Below, one piece after another: positions 39,600-55,453 of a stretch of 64,000 nt of DNA; the first letter of the stretch is position 1, and every line of letters begins with the position of its first letter. The DNA is taken from contig NC_042998.1 in assembly GCF_006345805.1 (NCBI RefSeq), forward strand, positions 112,530,001-112,594,000, written 5' to 3'. The DNA comes from Octopus sinensis. Lineage: Eukaryota. The notes below the pieces were generated by a model. That model saw only the letters and a program-made list of their open reading frames with translations. It did not search any database and was not told where the DNA came from. The position numbers and the translations under genes are program-made.

Positions 39600-41560
39600 T
39601 CTATGTAAATGGACATCTATCGAGACCTTTCGACATCGCACGTTCGGTCCGTCAGGGATGCCCCCTCTCGTCGCTTCTATACGTATTGACTCTCGAGCCA
39701 TTATTGCGGAAGCTGGCAACTCTGAGGGGCATCCTGCGAGAACTGGGATGCGGGACGAGCGTGTCTGCATACGCGGATGACGTCACCGTCATAGTGTCTA
39801 GCCACGAGCACATCGAGCAGGTCGGCGAGACATTGAAAAACTACGAAGCGGTGACAGGAGCGAAAATCAACCGGGAAAAGTCAGTGGGCTTGCGACTAGG
39901 CACCTGGAGAAGCAAGCCCATGCCGTCCACCAGCGCCTCCGTCGTGGGACGCTGGACCGACGGCCCGGTCGAATTGCTCGGGGTCTGGTTCGGTCCGGAC
40001 CTCCAAGTAGAGAAGAACTGGAACGAGATAACGAGTAGGGTGGTCACTCTCGCCCAGCAATGGGCCGAGAGGAAACTGTCCCTAAAAGGTCGGGCGGAGG
40101 TGGCGAACATGTACATCGCGTCCGTCATCTACTACCGCCTGACCGTCGTACCTTGTCCCGACCCTACCATCACCAAACTAGAACGCATTCTCTTTCGCTT
40201 CTTGTGGAATGGATGCGTCCCGATGGTTAGGCGATCCATTTGCTGTCAACACCCGTTAAAAGGAGGACTGGGCATGCCGTGGTTGATGATGCGCAGACAC
40301 GCGCTGAGACTGTGACATCTCAGGCTCTTCGTAGACGACGGTGAACAGGTGTGGTCACCGTTTGTGAGGCACGCTTTCCCGCAGCTCGTCTCCATGACCG
40401 AAATGCAGTCGTGGATCAAAAAGAGGCCGAGGAAGGGCGAATGGCACCGCGAGTGTCGCGTTGCTCTCAAGCAACTCTGCCGTCCTGGGTCGACTTTGAG
40501 TGACTCCATCACAACCAAAGCATTCTATATGGGATTAGTGGAGGGGAGGTACGACGACGAGCTCGGGGCGAACCTGGACGTCGACGAGGAATACCTGACC
40601 CGCCTGTTCAGGACGACTTTCGGGCCAGGGCCCATGGACAACTTCCAGAGATCCCTGGCCTGGCAGTGCTACCGAGAAGCGCTACCCGTTCGGGATAAGC
40701 TCTACAGACACGGCTCGAGAAACACGGGTCCGACCTGCCCGAGATGCGGTCAGAGCGACGAAACCGTTCTGCACGCACTCGTACAGCGTCCAACAATTTC
40801 CGACCAGTGGGCTTATGTCGAACAACTACTGTCACGTGTGGGACGAGTCGGTTTATCAGCTGAGTCTATCGTCAATATTGTCACGCCTCCTTCCTTCAAA
40901 CGTGAAGGATGAGCTATTTTCATCATGGCGAAGGAATGTATCTGGTGTACGCGTCTGAAAGGATTGGAGACAAACACTTTCCTCTCTGGTCAATCTCTCA
41001 TCAACTTCTTCAAGTACCACTTGAAAAGGAAAGTGAGAGTAGAGAGGCAAGTTTTGTCTAGCGAATGTTTTAAAAAAAGATGGGTGAATGTAGCAAGGAT
41101 GGCACGTATGAATGACGAAGCCACCTTGAGCATAATCCTATGAACCCAGAAATTGAAAACAGAGGGTTACCCACTTGCAAACAAATGTGGTAACATATAA
41201 CAATATTGACCGAGGTTACCGTGGTTTTTTCGTAGGCTTTTCTTCCCACGGATAAACCTTATCTGCTTCCCCCTTTACACCGTACATCATGACACTATGA
41301 TACACGATCCCTATTGATCGTTTTTTTCCTCTTCCCCTTTTTTTCCTCTTTTTTCTTCCTTTTTTTATTTTTATTTTCCTTTTTTTCCTTTCTTTTCTTT
41401 TTTCCCCCTTTTACGATCCCTTTTGATCGAAAACCCACGCCTCTTCTTTTTGTTTCTTTTGTTTTTTGGGTTTTTTTGTCTTTTTCATCCCACAAAAGAA
41501 AAGCTCTCCCTTGTAATTTGTCCCATCTGTGTGCAGCCCTGTGTGGCCAATAAAGAAACT
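39600..41560 (+). mobile_element. 5'-truncated L1/Tx1-clade non-LTR retrotransposon (RT domains 4-7, zf-RVT, 3' UTR)
   Basis: VRQGCPLS, AYADDVTV, GAKINREKS, LSLKGRAEV, GGLG and CPRC...ETVLHAL lie in one frame (39413/40349/40925) broken by two TGA stops. U-rich 3' UTR, AATAAA, then (CTAT)n. Confidence 0.95.
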
Positions 41561-41571
41561 TGTCTATCTAC

Positions 41572-41638
<67 letters not shown>

Positions 41639-42423
41639 AATCTATTTACCTATCTATCTAGTTATCTATTTATCTATCTTTCTATCTACCTATCTGTCTG
41701 TCCGTCTAGCTATCTACCTATCTACCTCTCTCTCTCTCTCCCTCTCTCTCTCTGTATATGATATATACGTATATGATATATACGTATATGATATGATATA
41801 TATGATATATACGTATATGATATATACGTATATACGTATATACGTATATAAGTATATATGTGTGTGTAACAAATACAATACACATATATATTACTTGAAG
41901 CAACACCTACTTTTGCCCAGGTTTATTAATACCAAGAATAAATAGAATTATATAAATTCATTATGTTTTGAATAAACTGCTTTAAGACTTCTAAGAATCC
42001 GCTGACAATCTTGAGTTCTTCCTGGAATGTTGATTCACTTCAAGCGAACCATGAGATTATTGAAGTTGTCTTCATTAGAACACTCAAAGAAAAACAAATT
42101 TAGAATCAAAAATAATATTTTGCTCTAACATTTTATTATTATCAGTAAAAATATTTTGTATTCTCAAAATTCTGTAATTACTCTAAATGAAGTCTGTTTC
42201 TAATCAAGTTTTTTTTCTTTTTTTCTTTGACTATTGTAGTGCTGCTTGAAGCTATAAAATATTCTTTTTATTCTGAAAATTATGATAGTTATTATAAAAT
42301 GATTGCTAATACATGAACGTCTTAAATTGTTGAAATGCTGTGTTCCTATGTAAAATTACAGTTACCTGTGTGTAAAACTGTCACCAATAACTTGGAACAT
42401 ACGCACGAACATATATTACAGAT

Positions 42424-42528
<105 letters not shown>

Positions 42529-42730
42529 TGTTTCTTTATTAGCCACACAGGGCTGCACACAGACGGGACAAATTAATTACAAAGTAGAGCTTTTCTTTTG
42601 GGGGAGAAAAAAATGGAGGGGTAGGTTTTCGATCAAAAGGGATCGTAAAAAAAAACGATCAATAGGGATCGTGTATGTAAAGTGTAAAGCGGGGAAGCAG
42701 ATAATGTTTATTCGTGGAAAGAAAGCCTAC
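42529..42730 (-). mobile_element. L1/Tx1-clade LINE 3' UTR fragment
   Basis: Matches 41230-41560 in reverse complement and abuts (GATA)n. Confidence 0.9.
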
Positions 42731-44101
42731 ATACATACATATATACATACATACATACATATATACATACATGCATGCATGCATACATACATACATGCAT
42801 ACATACATACGTGCATACATTTATACACACATATATGTATATACGGACGTACATATATACATACATGCATACATACATACATACATACATACATGCATGC
42901 ATGCATACATACATACATACATACATGCATGCATGCGTGCGTGCATGCATGCATACATACATACATACATACATACATACATACATACATACATACATAC
43001 ATACATACATACATACATACATACATACATACATACATACATACATACATACATACATACACACATACGTATACAACATCGCCTCACTTCAGTGACTGAA
43101 ACAAGGGACAAAAGAATACATATACATACGTACGTACATACATACATACATACATACATACATACATACATACATACATACGTGCATACATTTATACACA
43201 CATATATGCATATACGGACATACATACATACATATATATATACATGCATACATACATACATACATGCATGCATGCATGCATACATACATACATGCATGCA
43301 TGCATACATACATACATACATACATACATACATACATACATACATACATACATACATACATACATACATACATACATACTACGTTACGTATACAACAGGA
43401 GACTTGGTTGAATACTTGATAAATTACATAAACTTTGCATGTGTTTCACAAGCGTATATTGTGCGGTTTGTTACATAATTACCTCAGAACGCCAGATCAT
43501 CAGAAGAAAATAGTAATTTGATCTATTGCAAATTACTGAACTCAGTAAGCGAGAACAAGCAGTTCATATTTAACTGCTTCGTTGCATGAAATAAGACGCA
43601 TCCTAAGCGCCCTCGAAACTTTAAATCATGTGAACCTGAGTCAAACGGTTAAGAAAAATATAATGGACGTCCTACCAAATGTCCTGAATGTTACTTTCTT
43701 TCGTTTTTTTGTTCACTCACTCGAATATGCTCGTGTGTGTGTGTATGTGTGTATGTATGTGTGTGCGCGTGTGTGCATGAGTGCCAGTGTTGGTGCACAC
43801 GCATTGATACAGGCACTCGTACACATACACACACATATTTATCTACCATTCTCTCTCTCTCTATATATATATATATATTTATATGTATATAGTGAGAGAG
43901 AGAGAGAGACAGAGTGAGAGAGAGAGTGTGTGTGTATGTATATATATATGTGTGTTTGTGTGTGTGTGTACATATATATTATGTATGTGTATATATATAT
44001 ATATATATACATATATATTATGTATGCATATAATACACACATACATACACACACACATACATACATACACACATACATACATACATACATACATACATAC
44101 A

Positions 44102-44134
<33 letters not shown>

Positions 44135-45129
44135 GCATACATACACACGCACACATGCATACATACATACATACACACGCACGCATACATGCATACATAC
44201 ATACATACATACATACATACATACATACATACATACATACATACATACATACATACATACATACATACATACATACATACTTACTTACAGGTATAGATAC
44301 ATATACTGGCAAAAATTCGATGTACTTCAAATGAAATAGCTGATAAATGTCCAGAATCTCTCTTGAAAAAGCTATCTTTAGTATAAAGACTAAAATTGTT
44401 TTCTAATGCATTTATACCGCTCCTGTGTCTTTGACTTTGTTTCAAATATCATTAGTACACCACTTATATATTTTGATACTTTAGTTGTCTGAACAATGTA
44501 TATTTAATATAAACTTATTCGATAAGATCACATTAACTTATCTTAATCAGAACATAATAATATTATTTTTGTTCTTGAAATTCGTTAATTCTTAATGATT
44601 TGAGGAATGAGTCGAAACCGGAGTGTCGGGAGGTAAACCATTCATTATAATAAAATCACTCTCATAATGCTTGAAGTGCTCAGAGGAAACTCACATGTCC
44701 GTATATTGTAATTTCAATACGTTCTGTGATAAAGAAAGAATATCAAGAGTTGAGAAGTGCCTCAATTTATATGATATTAGATCTTTATCCATCATAGTCT
44801 CAGGAACTCTGATCATTTTCATATTAACATCTCAGGGTACTCAATGTTTTTTGGTCTTACCAACAAGGGTATAAGCAAAACGGTTGTGGGGTTTTGTACA
44901 CCCTGTATAAAACGCTTGAAAATACATTTAATTTGACATTAGCAAAGTCTTATTCCTCATGATGCTTGGCATTGAGAATTATTGGCTGACATGGCAAAGC
45001 TTATGTCTTCTTAAAATTTAAGTCTTCTAAATCATATATGATATGAACAGAATTCTTTATGAATTATTTACCATCCTTTGAAACAACTAGTGAAATAAGT
45101 CATGTTGTATAAACTTTTCAAATTTTCTT

Positions 45130-45200
<71 letters not shown>

Positions 45201-45201
45201 A

Positions 45202-45244
<43 letters not shown>

Positions 45245-46984
45245 GAGTTCAGTTTTCAAGGAAGGATGCATGCATCCATACATATGTACGTACATGAAAG
45301 TATATGAGTGTGTACACGCACACACGCACGCACACACACACACACACACTCACACACACACAAAATGACAAATTAATTTAGTCACATATATGTTTTAGTC
45401 ATATATATATCACAATTATATTCAAGTGGCTCAAAAATTGGCCGCGCAGTCGTTAGACAGCGGGTTTGATCTCACTGGCAGGTATTTTGATTTTTACTAT
45501 AACCTCCGATGGATCTAAACTTTGTAAGTGTAACTGAAATTCAAAAGACCAGCTTTATCAAATATTATGTTATGCTAGTTTAGCCTAAGAATTACACTAT
45601 GTCTATGCACAATTGTGGAATACTCAGTGACTTGCATGTTAGTTTTTAATGAGTTGGAAGTTAATATGACCGAATAACTGAATTTTCATCGCCGACACAA
45701 ACAGAGGATCGATCATCCTCATCACATACCAGGAATATAAATAATTTGGTGGGGAAGTTCGTTGATTGCATTATCCCTGTGCATAACTATTACTTAAATT
45801 GTTGACTGCGGGAAATTGAATGTCAAAGTCAATCCTAATAGGTTTCAACGTACAACTCAACGCAAATGATGTGTATACATAACGCGAGGTATTCTGCTAT
45901 CGGAAGTAGTTAAAAATCTACTTCTAACATTCTAGACTCAGTTTCTTTCTATGAAATTTTGTTGCTGTAAACGAGGAAAACGGAGAAAAATTACACGCAG
46001 ATAGCCATGCAATGGAAAAATGCTATCAGAAGGTTTCGGAATGAAATCATGGTGGATGAACATGAAATTATAACGGTTGAACAACCCTGACCAAATCTAT
46101 CAGAGGAAATCATATTCACAATACTTCAAAAAGGAATACGAATAATGTATTTTCTTCAATTAAATGCTTATCAAATGCATCTTTGAGGTTAAAAGTAATT
46201 ATATATGAATTAATCAAGTGTACGCTTTGTATTTTGCTTCAATGAGCAAATAAATTTTAATACAATTTATTTTATCCAAGTGGTTTCATCCAACAGAACA
46301 CCGATCTAACATTGTATATACTAAGCAGACAAGACAGCTTCCTTTGTCAACAATATCTTTAAACAAATGAACTATCGGATTCAACTCTTGGACATATATT
46401 AAATATAATTTATTTAAAATAATATTAACATAATTATACATTTATAAATAATTGTAAATATATATGAATTATGTGTTCTCTTTCTCTTTTTAATTTAGAA
46501 TAAATTTAGACTGGCCACCTGCTTCATAGCAAGGTTGTGAAGGAAAGTACCCGGTTTTGTTCACCATCCTTTAAATCTTAAGAAGGTCTTGCAGAGAAGG
46601 TCTTGTTTATAGTCCCAGATATCGTGATCATTTTTAGTGTATGAATTAAGGATTTGCGTTGTTTCCCCAAGAATTCATGTTCAGCATTATTTTGCTCCAG
46701 TCTAGTTGATATGTATCCTATTGCTATGTATAAATGTCTCTTCTGTATTTAATTATTTGATTTCTTCTTCTGAAAAAAGGAGCTAGTTTCTAACATAGAT
46801 ACAAAGCTCCATCGGAAGCATTGTCACATTTTAAACCTGAGAAAAGTCTTGCATAGTTTTACTGTATCACTTACAGATTGTATTTGTAATGTGCGAATCA
46901 GTTGGTTGATTACTTTTTCTGAAAATTCAAGCTTATCCAGACTGATAGTTTGGCATTTACTTACTAAGTGTTCCTAGAAGATTA

Positions 46985-47860
46985 GTAAAGCTCGACGGGA
47001 ACGTCCTGCAAATCTTGGTGGAACAAAAACCCATCGTAACTATTGAGGAACTAGTAGAGAAGTTTGGATTTGGTCATTCAACCATTCATCAATACCTGCG
47101 TGCCATCGGAAAAGCCAGCAAATTAGGTCAATGGGTTCCTCACAAACTTTCCGAGTCTAATCACGCGCAGGGAGTGAATATGTGCTATTCTTTGCTGTCA
47201 CGTCTCACGAATGAACCTTTTTTTGGAGCGAATAGTAATGGTGACAAGAAATGGGTTCTCTATAAAAACGTCAATAGCCGAAGACAGTGGGTAGGGAAAG
47301 GAGAAACACCGATAGCCCAGGCTAAAGAAGGTTTTCACCCACGTAAGGCGTTGTTATCTGTTTGGTGTGATATAAAAGGTTTAGTCCACTTTGAACTTTT
47401 AAATCCAAACCAAATGGTAACAAAGGAAATCTACTGCGAGCAGCTTGAGCGGCTTAAGTCAGCGCTAGAAGGAAGACGACCATCTTTGGTTTCAAGACGG
47501 AAGGGGCTCTTCCATCAGAATAATGCTCGGCCACATACAGCGAGGATGACATTCCAAAGGCCCACCCACCATATTCGCAGGACATTGTCCCCTCTGATCA
47601 TTTATTCCGCAGTCTTCAAAACCATTTGGACGGAAAAAATATGAATTCTGTAAACGGGATCAGAGCAGTACTGGAGGAGTATTTTTCTTCACAGACAAGT
47701 GAATTTTGGAAGAGAGTCCTTGCAAGTGTACCAGATAGATGGAAAGCATTGTAGAAAATGAAGGAGAGTATATTTTAGATTAAAAAAGAACTTTGTTTAT
47801 CTTAATTTTGAAAAATAAAAGAAGTATAAAAGACTGCATTATATATTAGATAACCCAATA
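46985..47860 (+). mobile_element. Mariner (DD34D) transposase pseudogene with right TIR, 5'-truncated
   Basis: WVPHKL, GDKKW, HPRKALLSVW, HQNNARPH (catalytic D mutated to N) and PPYSQDIVPSD in a shifted frame. TIR-like end ACTGCATTATATATTAGATAACCCAA|TA at 47833-47860. Confidence 0.93.
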
Positions 47861-47869
47861 AATTAACTT

Positions 47870-48180
47870 GTAATAGACATAGAAATCTACGTAATCCGTA
47901 CTCTAGAAAACTATCACCGGTCCAATTTGTAAATCCAAAGTTGTATGACCAAGTAAAATTCGTATACCGTTAGGGATTGCGCAGATTTCTACATCTATCA
48001 CAGGCCCATTTGTTTGTTTTCTTCATAGAGAACTTATAAAGTATTCGCCTAGATCCTTAATCCCCTTTTCGTCTGTTGTTTAATTACACATACAAATTTC
48101 GGCGTATCACTCTTATAATGGATGTTATACACTGAGCTTGGATAAAACGTATAAATATCCATTACCTTTGTGTTTCTGAT
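47870..48180 (-). mobile_element. Decayed Penelope-like RT fragment
   Basis: Minus-strand 'MDIYTFYPSS' (cf. FDIxxFYPSI) and 'GPVIDVEICA' (cf. GSxDGAEIC). Confidence 0.5.
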
Positions 48181-49586
48181 ATAGGTGTGTGTGGTGTGTG
48201 TCTGTGTCTGTGTCTGTGTCTGTATCTGTGTGCGCGTGCGATTGTGTAAATACATATATTAGTTATTGATTGGTAGAATCGTTAAGTTATCGTCCATTAC
48301 ATTCTAAGTTCAAACAACTTTACAGTTCATTCCTCTCGGATCGATAAAATATAACAACAGTTAGGAACTGGGTTCGATCCCAACTATTCCTTCTCCAAAA
48401 AATTGGTTGCGTTGTTCTAATATTAGAACTTGACAAATAGTACAAACATATTGCTTAATCTTACGTCATCGCTGATTAGATAATGGTGTTGATCTTGTCT
48501 TTATGAATTCCAGCGTAATGTTCTTAACTCTAGGCCATGATCAACTGTTCTTTCCCTTAAACATAATTCATACATAGGACTACACTATCTAATACGTTCT
48601 TCCCTTATATTTTTAGACGATAACGTTCGAAATTAAATAGATTTAACTGATATTCCCGCCAGGTTCAGCGACCGTATATAAGTTCCTTCGTTGATTCAGG
48701 ACACTAACTAGTCGTTGTTGTTGTTTTCATCATAGTCATCGTTGTAACCACCCGCGTAGAAACTTCCTCACTGGCACGGGATTCCAATTCCACGTTATTT
48801 AATATTTTACAAGGGAGAGAACTCCCAAACACTTTCAAGTTGCGTCTCCTAGTGTGCCTTTTGTTGGGGGCTTTTTTTGTTCCGGAATGCAATGGAATAC
48901 AATTATAAAAGCAAATTTTTTTTAAGAAAAAGAATTAAAAAAAACTTATATGGTTAGGAAGTCCGCTTCAGAACAAAGTAACCTGAAAAAAGAAAAACGT
49001 CTGAAAAAAACATTGTCTTAGGTCTCGTAATTTCTATATGCAGGCAAGTGAAAACTACATTACGGGTTTTTTCTACGCAGTGGAACAATAGTTCTTAAAC
49101 GGGTGGTAGCTCCCTCTTGTGTGTTAACATAGCATAGCACCTTCTTATGTATTAACATAGGGTCGGCAAATGTTTAAGGCTGATGGAGTGTTGCATGTTA
49201 AGAGCAGCAGTGATTTTTTTCTCAGAAGTAAAAAATTTAGACTAGGTACCATACTTATATTTTATACACATGACGATATGGACATGACCATTGTGTTATC
49301 AGTGAGTAGAAATATACCTGATGATGCGCTAAGGTCCAATAGGATTTCATTATACAAGTCACCACCTTTTAAGTAATTACCACCATAATTTAAAATGAGA
49401 ACATTGTGCAAATATATAACAGGAGGCACATGCAGAATGCATAATGCAAGCTGCAAACTCCGTCCATAGCTCAACATGCGTTCACGTGAATTGTACGCGG
49501 TACAATGTGGCAATAAATAAGTATATGTGAAATATCTAGTCACTCCTTGTAAAAATAAGTTATATATATTGTATGTATGTATGTCC

Positions 49587-49626
<40 letters not shown>

Positions 49627-49638
49627 AATATGTATATA

Positions 49639-49706
<68 letters not shown>

Positions 49707-49761
49707 TGTGTATATACTTATATATGCACGCATATAATACTTACATAAATCCTGTTGGAAA

Positions 49762-49905
49762 AATGGAGATGATAAAGATGGACTCATCACTAAAGGATAT
49801 ACCAATACCAACTAAGGACACTTACATTAAAGAATTAATATTTAGGATTAATGAATTTATCCATAGAATTCGGTGGAAAATGTATACTCACGAAAAATTC
49901 TCACC
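49762..49905 (+). mobile_element. Penelope-like element ORF N-terminal fragment
   Basis: '[31 protein letters not shown]' matches the PLE N-terminal pattern SxKNIPIPxxxxY...FIxRMRWK. Confidence 0.75.
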
Positions 49906-50066
49906 CAATTGGCTTATCTTATAGGCATTGAATAATATACTATATATATGTATGTATGTTATTATGGTTGTCGTTTTGATAAATAATTAAGTCAATATTT
50001 TAATGTCCTAAAATTGATGAACCAACTAATGTGCTTCTCCATTTTCTTATTTGCAATATATATATT

Positions 50067-50236
50067 GCAGGAGTGGCTGTGTGGTAAGTAGCTTGCTATC
50101 CAACCACATGGTTCCGGGTTCAGTCCCACTGCGTGGCATCTTGGGCAAGTGTCTTCTGCTATAGCCCCGGGCCGACCAAAGCCTTGTGAGTGGATTTGGT
50201 AGACGGAAACTGAAAGAAGCCTGTCGTATATATGTA

Positions 50237-50300
<64 letters not shown>

Positions 50301-50537
50301 TTGTGTGTCTGTGTTTGTCCCCTAGCATTGCTTGACAACCGATGCTGGTGTGTTTACGTCTCCGTCACTTAGCGGTTCGGCAAAAGAGACCGATAGAATA
50401 AGTACTGGGCTTACAAAGAATAAGTCCCGGGGTCGATTTGCTCGACAAAGGTGGTGCTCGACAAAAGGTGGTGCTCCGGCATGGCCACAGTCAAATGACT
50501 GAACAAGTAAAAAGTAAAGAGTATAGAGTAAAAGAGT
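50067..50537 (+). mobile_element. SINE family B, full length, young
   Basis: Head, CORE, internal microsatellite and tail are all intact. Confidence 0.92.
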
Positions 50538-50594
50538 ATATATATATATTACTCTTTTACTCTATAATCTTTTACTCTTTTACTTGTTTCAGAG

Positions 50595-50682
<88 letters not shown>

Positions 50683-50715
50683 GTGTGTAATATATATATA
50701 TATATATAGATATAT

Positions 50716-50759
<44 letters not shown>

Positions 50760-51611
50760 TACTTCATTCAGTTCGCTGTTAATATTTCTGAAATGTGGAG
50801 ACTGTATACAACAAGAAATAAAAAACAAATTTATCTCATTTCTTTTGTTTTCTTTTGTTTTGTTTTTGATTTTTGATTTAAATTTTCTTCGTTTGTTTCG
50901 TTTGTGTTTCTTTGGTAAAAAAAAAAATGAAAGTGATGCTGTTGCTAATGTCTTAATCTGGGATTTCCATTCACTATCAGTATGTTATTCAGCTAAATAC
51001 TGCTATGAAACTCCTCAGATTAACTACTGGCGAAGCTTTATAAGTGCTTACAGTTCGTCATTATCCACGTCATCGCCATAATCTACACCTATAGTATTAT
51101 TCATTCTCAACGTTATTATTTGCATCGAAATGATTTGTACATGTATATGTGTATAGTGCTTGTGTGTGTCTGGGGGGAGGGAGTGTGTGTCTGTCTGTTT
51201 ACGTGTGTGTGTGTTCGCGCGCGTGTCTGCCTTTCTGTGTGAGTGTGTGTATGCTTGCGCATGTCAGTGTGCATGCGCATGCGTGTGTCTGTGTGCGTGT
51301 AAACGCACGTGAATTTAGATATGCTTTAACCAGTAATATATGGACACACTCCATATCTAAGTAAATAGTACGCTAAGATAGCAATGGGGAAACGAATTTA
51401 GATAAATTACACACACACACACACACAAACACACACAAACACGCGCACACACACACAGACACATACACACACACATGTAAACAAATGTACACACATGCAC
51501 ACATGTACAGTCACGCACTCATGCACAGACACAGATGCACACACACATACATATACACATACAACTACAAACAAACGCACACGCATGCACACAGATGCAT
51601 ACATGCACACT

Positions 51612-51642
<31 letters not shown>

Positions 51643-51656
51643 TTATTCGTGTGTGT

Positions 51657-51746
<90 letters not shown>

Positions 51747-52278
51747 GTTTGTGCATCTATGTATATTTTGTTTGTTTGTGTGCGTGTGTGTGTGTGTGTA
51801 GTTCAAATGTACAAAAAAAATAGAAGTAAGAGACAGATAAACGTCAACTGATACAAGATATGTGGAAAGAAAACGGAGAGAGAGAAAAAGAACATATCAG
51901 ACATTTTTGCCTGGCATGTTTTTATTTCTATCCGTTTTTTTCCCCTCTAATTGCTTTCTGAAGAGCGTAGGTTCGAAACGGCATAGACTTTTTCATTTCC
52001 AATGAGCGCCAAACCAATACACCTTATTCATTGTTCTTCACCAGTCTCTTTGTTCTGGGGATTTGTTTTATGTACATTTTGTAAATTTTGAACCATATAT
52101 ATATATATATTGTAAGCTCACGTGATCATCCCTGTTTGATCCTAAAGACTGAACTTCCTCCTCCCTTAACTCCTCATCTCGCCTGCCTTCTACTCGAACT
52201 CAACCATCATGAATGTTACTGTACACTGTTTCTGGCATGTATATGTATGTGTATGTACATATATGTATGTGTGTATGC

Positions 52279-52309
<31 letters not shown>

Positions 52310-52499
52310 TGTATGCATAGTCCTTCTTGTCTGTGTTACTGTTATTCTCCTTGTCCTGTCTTTTACTGTTTATATTTTGTACTGTCGTTACTGTCCTGTT
52401 TTTGTTACCATTTTTACCCCTCCGCAAAAAAAATCTCAAATTTTATTTAATTTGCTTTTCGCGGGAAGGAATTTTCAGCCGAAGTCGCGTTTCGCCTTC

Positions 52500-52805
52500 A
52501 CATTCGAAACGCGGAGTAGATGAAAGCATGGCGACTGAAGAAGGGTATTTTCCTTGTGTTATTTGTCCTGTACTCTATTTTTTCGTTGTTTAAGAAAAAT
52601 TTCCATTTCCTTGGTTTTGTGTTTATGTTTTCGTTTCTCATTGTGTTCGACGTTTTTTTTTGGGGGGGGGGGTCCTGTACCCATATATGCATGTATATAT
52701 ACATGAAGATGTAGGTACGTACATATATGCATATGTTTTATTTATTAATTTGTTATTACACGACAGAACGCACGCATCAATTTCTAAGTAAGTTTGTTCT
52801 AAATA
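52500..52805 (+). repeat. Dispersed repeat family E, second copy
   Basis: Reverse complement of 15283-15590. Confidence 0.85.
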
Positions 52806-53833
52806 TATATCGATACAGATTAGATTATATATTTTTCGAACGTTGAATTGCCGTTAGAACTGAAGAAATACTCGGTTAATTACCCTTACAAAGCAGAAAC
52901 ATTTATCAACAACCCATATCCTTTAAAGACTCCGGCTGGGCGCTTTACTATTAAGTTAAACTGCCCGCTGACAAATTCATCCACGAAATTAAACGCTAAG
53001 TAGTTAAATGTACAATGGCTGGTTGTTTACAATTTTTCTCGCTTTGCTGCTGTCCTAACGGCAATTCTGCGTTCGAAAAAATCATCTAATTTGTATCATT
53101 CTATACACATCTCGTCGTTTATGATTACAAGGAAGTGAAGTAGCTGAATACACCACACTACACATTGTTTATATTCATACACGTATATATATATATATAT
53201 ATATATATAACATTTACACACACACCTACGCACACGCACACACAAACGTGTGCGTGTGTATGTGTGTGTGTGTGTATCATAGCGGCCTGACTCAGTCCCA
53301 TAGCACTTAAAGTTTCTTGAGCGTTGGACACGTCCACCTCGACAAATGTTCTAAGACAGAGAATAGAGTTGGAAATTACAACTGCTTTCAAGATATTTAG
53401 GCTTCTATCGGTTAGTTCAGGTCACAAGGCTGTAATTCCATCAAAGCGATATTAGTTATGACAACTGTTGCTAATGTTCTTCAAAATAATGACTAATCAA
53501 CTGACTAGTGCCTAGAATTCGCCTTCCCCACAACGTGTTGTGCCATATACAAAGAAGGGAAGTGGTTGAATATACCTCACTACACATTGGTATGAAAATG
53601 TCACCAACATCCTATCCGCAGCTTGTGGACCTAAAAGTACAAAAATAACTGATATTACAATGATAGAATAACAGCTAGGTGACCTAAACTGCGCACAAAC
53701 GACTAAATATCTTAAAGCCATTTTGAACCTCTATCGAGTTCCCGTTAGGGGCCTGCGAATATTTTGGTTGCACGGAACCGAATCAAACTATTTAAAATAA
53801 TATACATATATGTGTGTGTATGTATGCGTGCGT

Positions 53834-53886
<53 letters not shown>

Positions 53887-54934
53887 TGTGTGCACGCATG
53901 TATGTGTGCATGCATCTATATATATCACCAGCTGTGTGCCATACAAGATGTATACCCACTTTTAGAAGGCATGAAACTGTGGAATTAACTGAGATAAAAT
54001 TTCTTTAGAAACTTATGTTAAAAACGATATGAGACTAATTTTTCCCCACTGCTCAAAATATTCTGTCTCCATTTTATATTAAACACGTAATTTTATATCA
54101 ACCTATTTCTTGATACTAAGGTCAATTCGTCTAAATTATGTCTACCAGTGTTAATCCCAGCTCCCTAAGCTTTGTACATTTCATCATTGAGAATATAAAT
54201 TGACTATTTAGAGCAACTTTTAAATAGTCTATATAAACATGTCCTATTTCCTTGTAGCAAAAACCTGACACAACAGAATCGCCGCCTAAATTTTCAGTGT
54301 TTAGTTTAGATAAGCATGTAGTATAACTTAACACCTAAACAGTATCTAATTTATGACATAAACGTACTTTATATCTCACATGCAAACATACATGCGTACA
54401 TTCACACACATATGCACATATACGCACGCACACACATGCACACACACTCACACACACACACACAAATACACACACGTTATATACATTATTTATAGAAGAG
54501 CGTGAATATTAAAGAAAAGTATACGGTGTAATTCTAAATAGTTTAAATGTTTGTTCCGAAGCTACCAGTTTAGGAACAATTATTTCTTCGTAGGCAATAG
54601 ATATCAGCTTTCTAATGAAAATAGCGTTAAGTTGAACTACACTTGTACCAATAAACTTCCATTCTTCCATATCCAGTACTAAGAAAATAGTTTTTCCTTA
54701 TGATCACGCACAACTCTACTCTATGTACCTTCAGCTATCTTAATATCTGCCCGCTGAACAGCATAAGCCTTTTTGAATCATTAGTTTATTTAGCTAAAGT
54801 CCCTCTTGCAATCAATGATTTGGAAAGAGTCTTACAATTGTTTTTATTCAGCCATTCAGAAAGATACCTCCCTACTTCTCTCTCCAAATATATTTGGATT
54901 TTAAAGAATGATATTATTAACATTTACAAGTAGT

Positions 54935-54974
<40 letters not shown>

Positions 54975-54999
54975 TGCTGTTGTTGTTGCTGTTGTTGTA

Positions 55000-55212
55000 T
55001 TGAGAGCTAGCAGAGTTGTTAACGCACCGGACAAAATGCTTAGCAAAATTTTTCCGACTCTTTACATTTTCATTTCAAATCCCGCTGAGGTTAACTTTCC
55101 CTTTCGTTCTTTCGTGGGCAGATGAAGTAAAGAACCAGTCAAGTATAAGGATTGATGTAACCAACTTCCCTCCTTCCCTCAAATTACTGGGCTTGTGCCA
55201 AATTAGAGTTAT
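55000..55212 (+). mobile_element. SINE family A, old decayed copy (another at 48260-48430)
   Basis: Degenerate head, core and tail 1. Confidence 0.65.
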
Positions 55213-55248
55213 CATATACATGAGTATGTATGTATGTATATATATATA

Positions 55249-55314
<66 letters not shown>

Positions 55315-55339
55315 TAATATATATATATATATACACACC

Positions 55340-55371
<32 letters not shown>

Positions 55372-55418
55372 CATACCACATACATATGCATATTATAAAT
55401 ATGCATAAATATATATGT

Positions 55419-55453
<35 letters not shown>

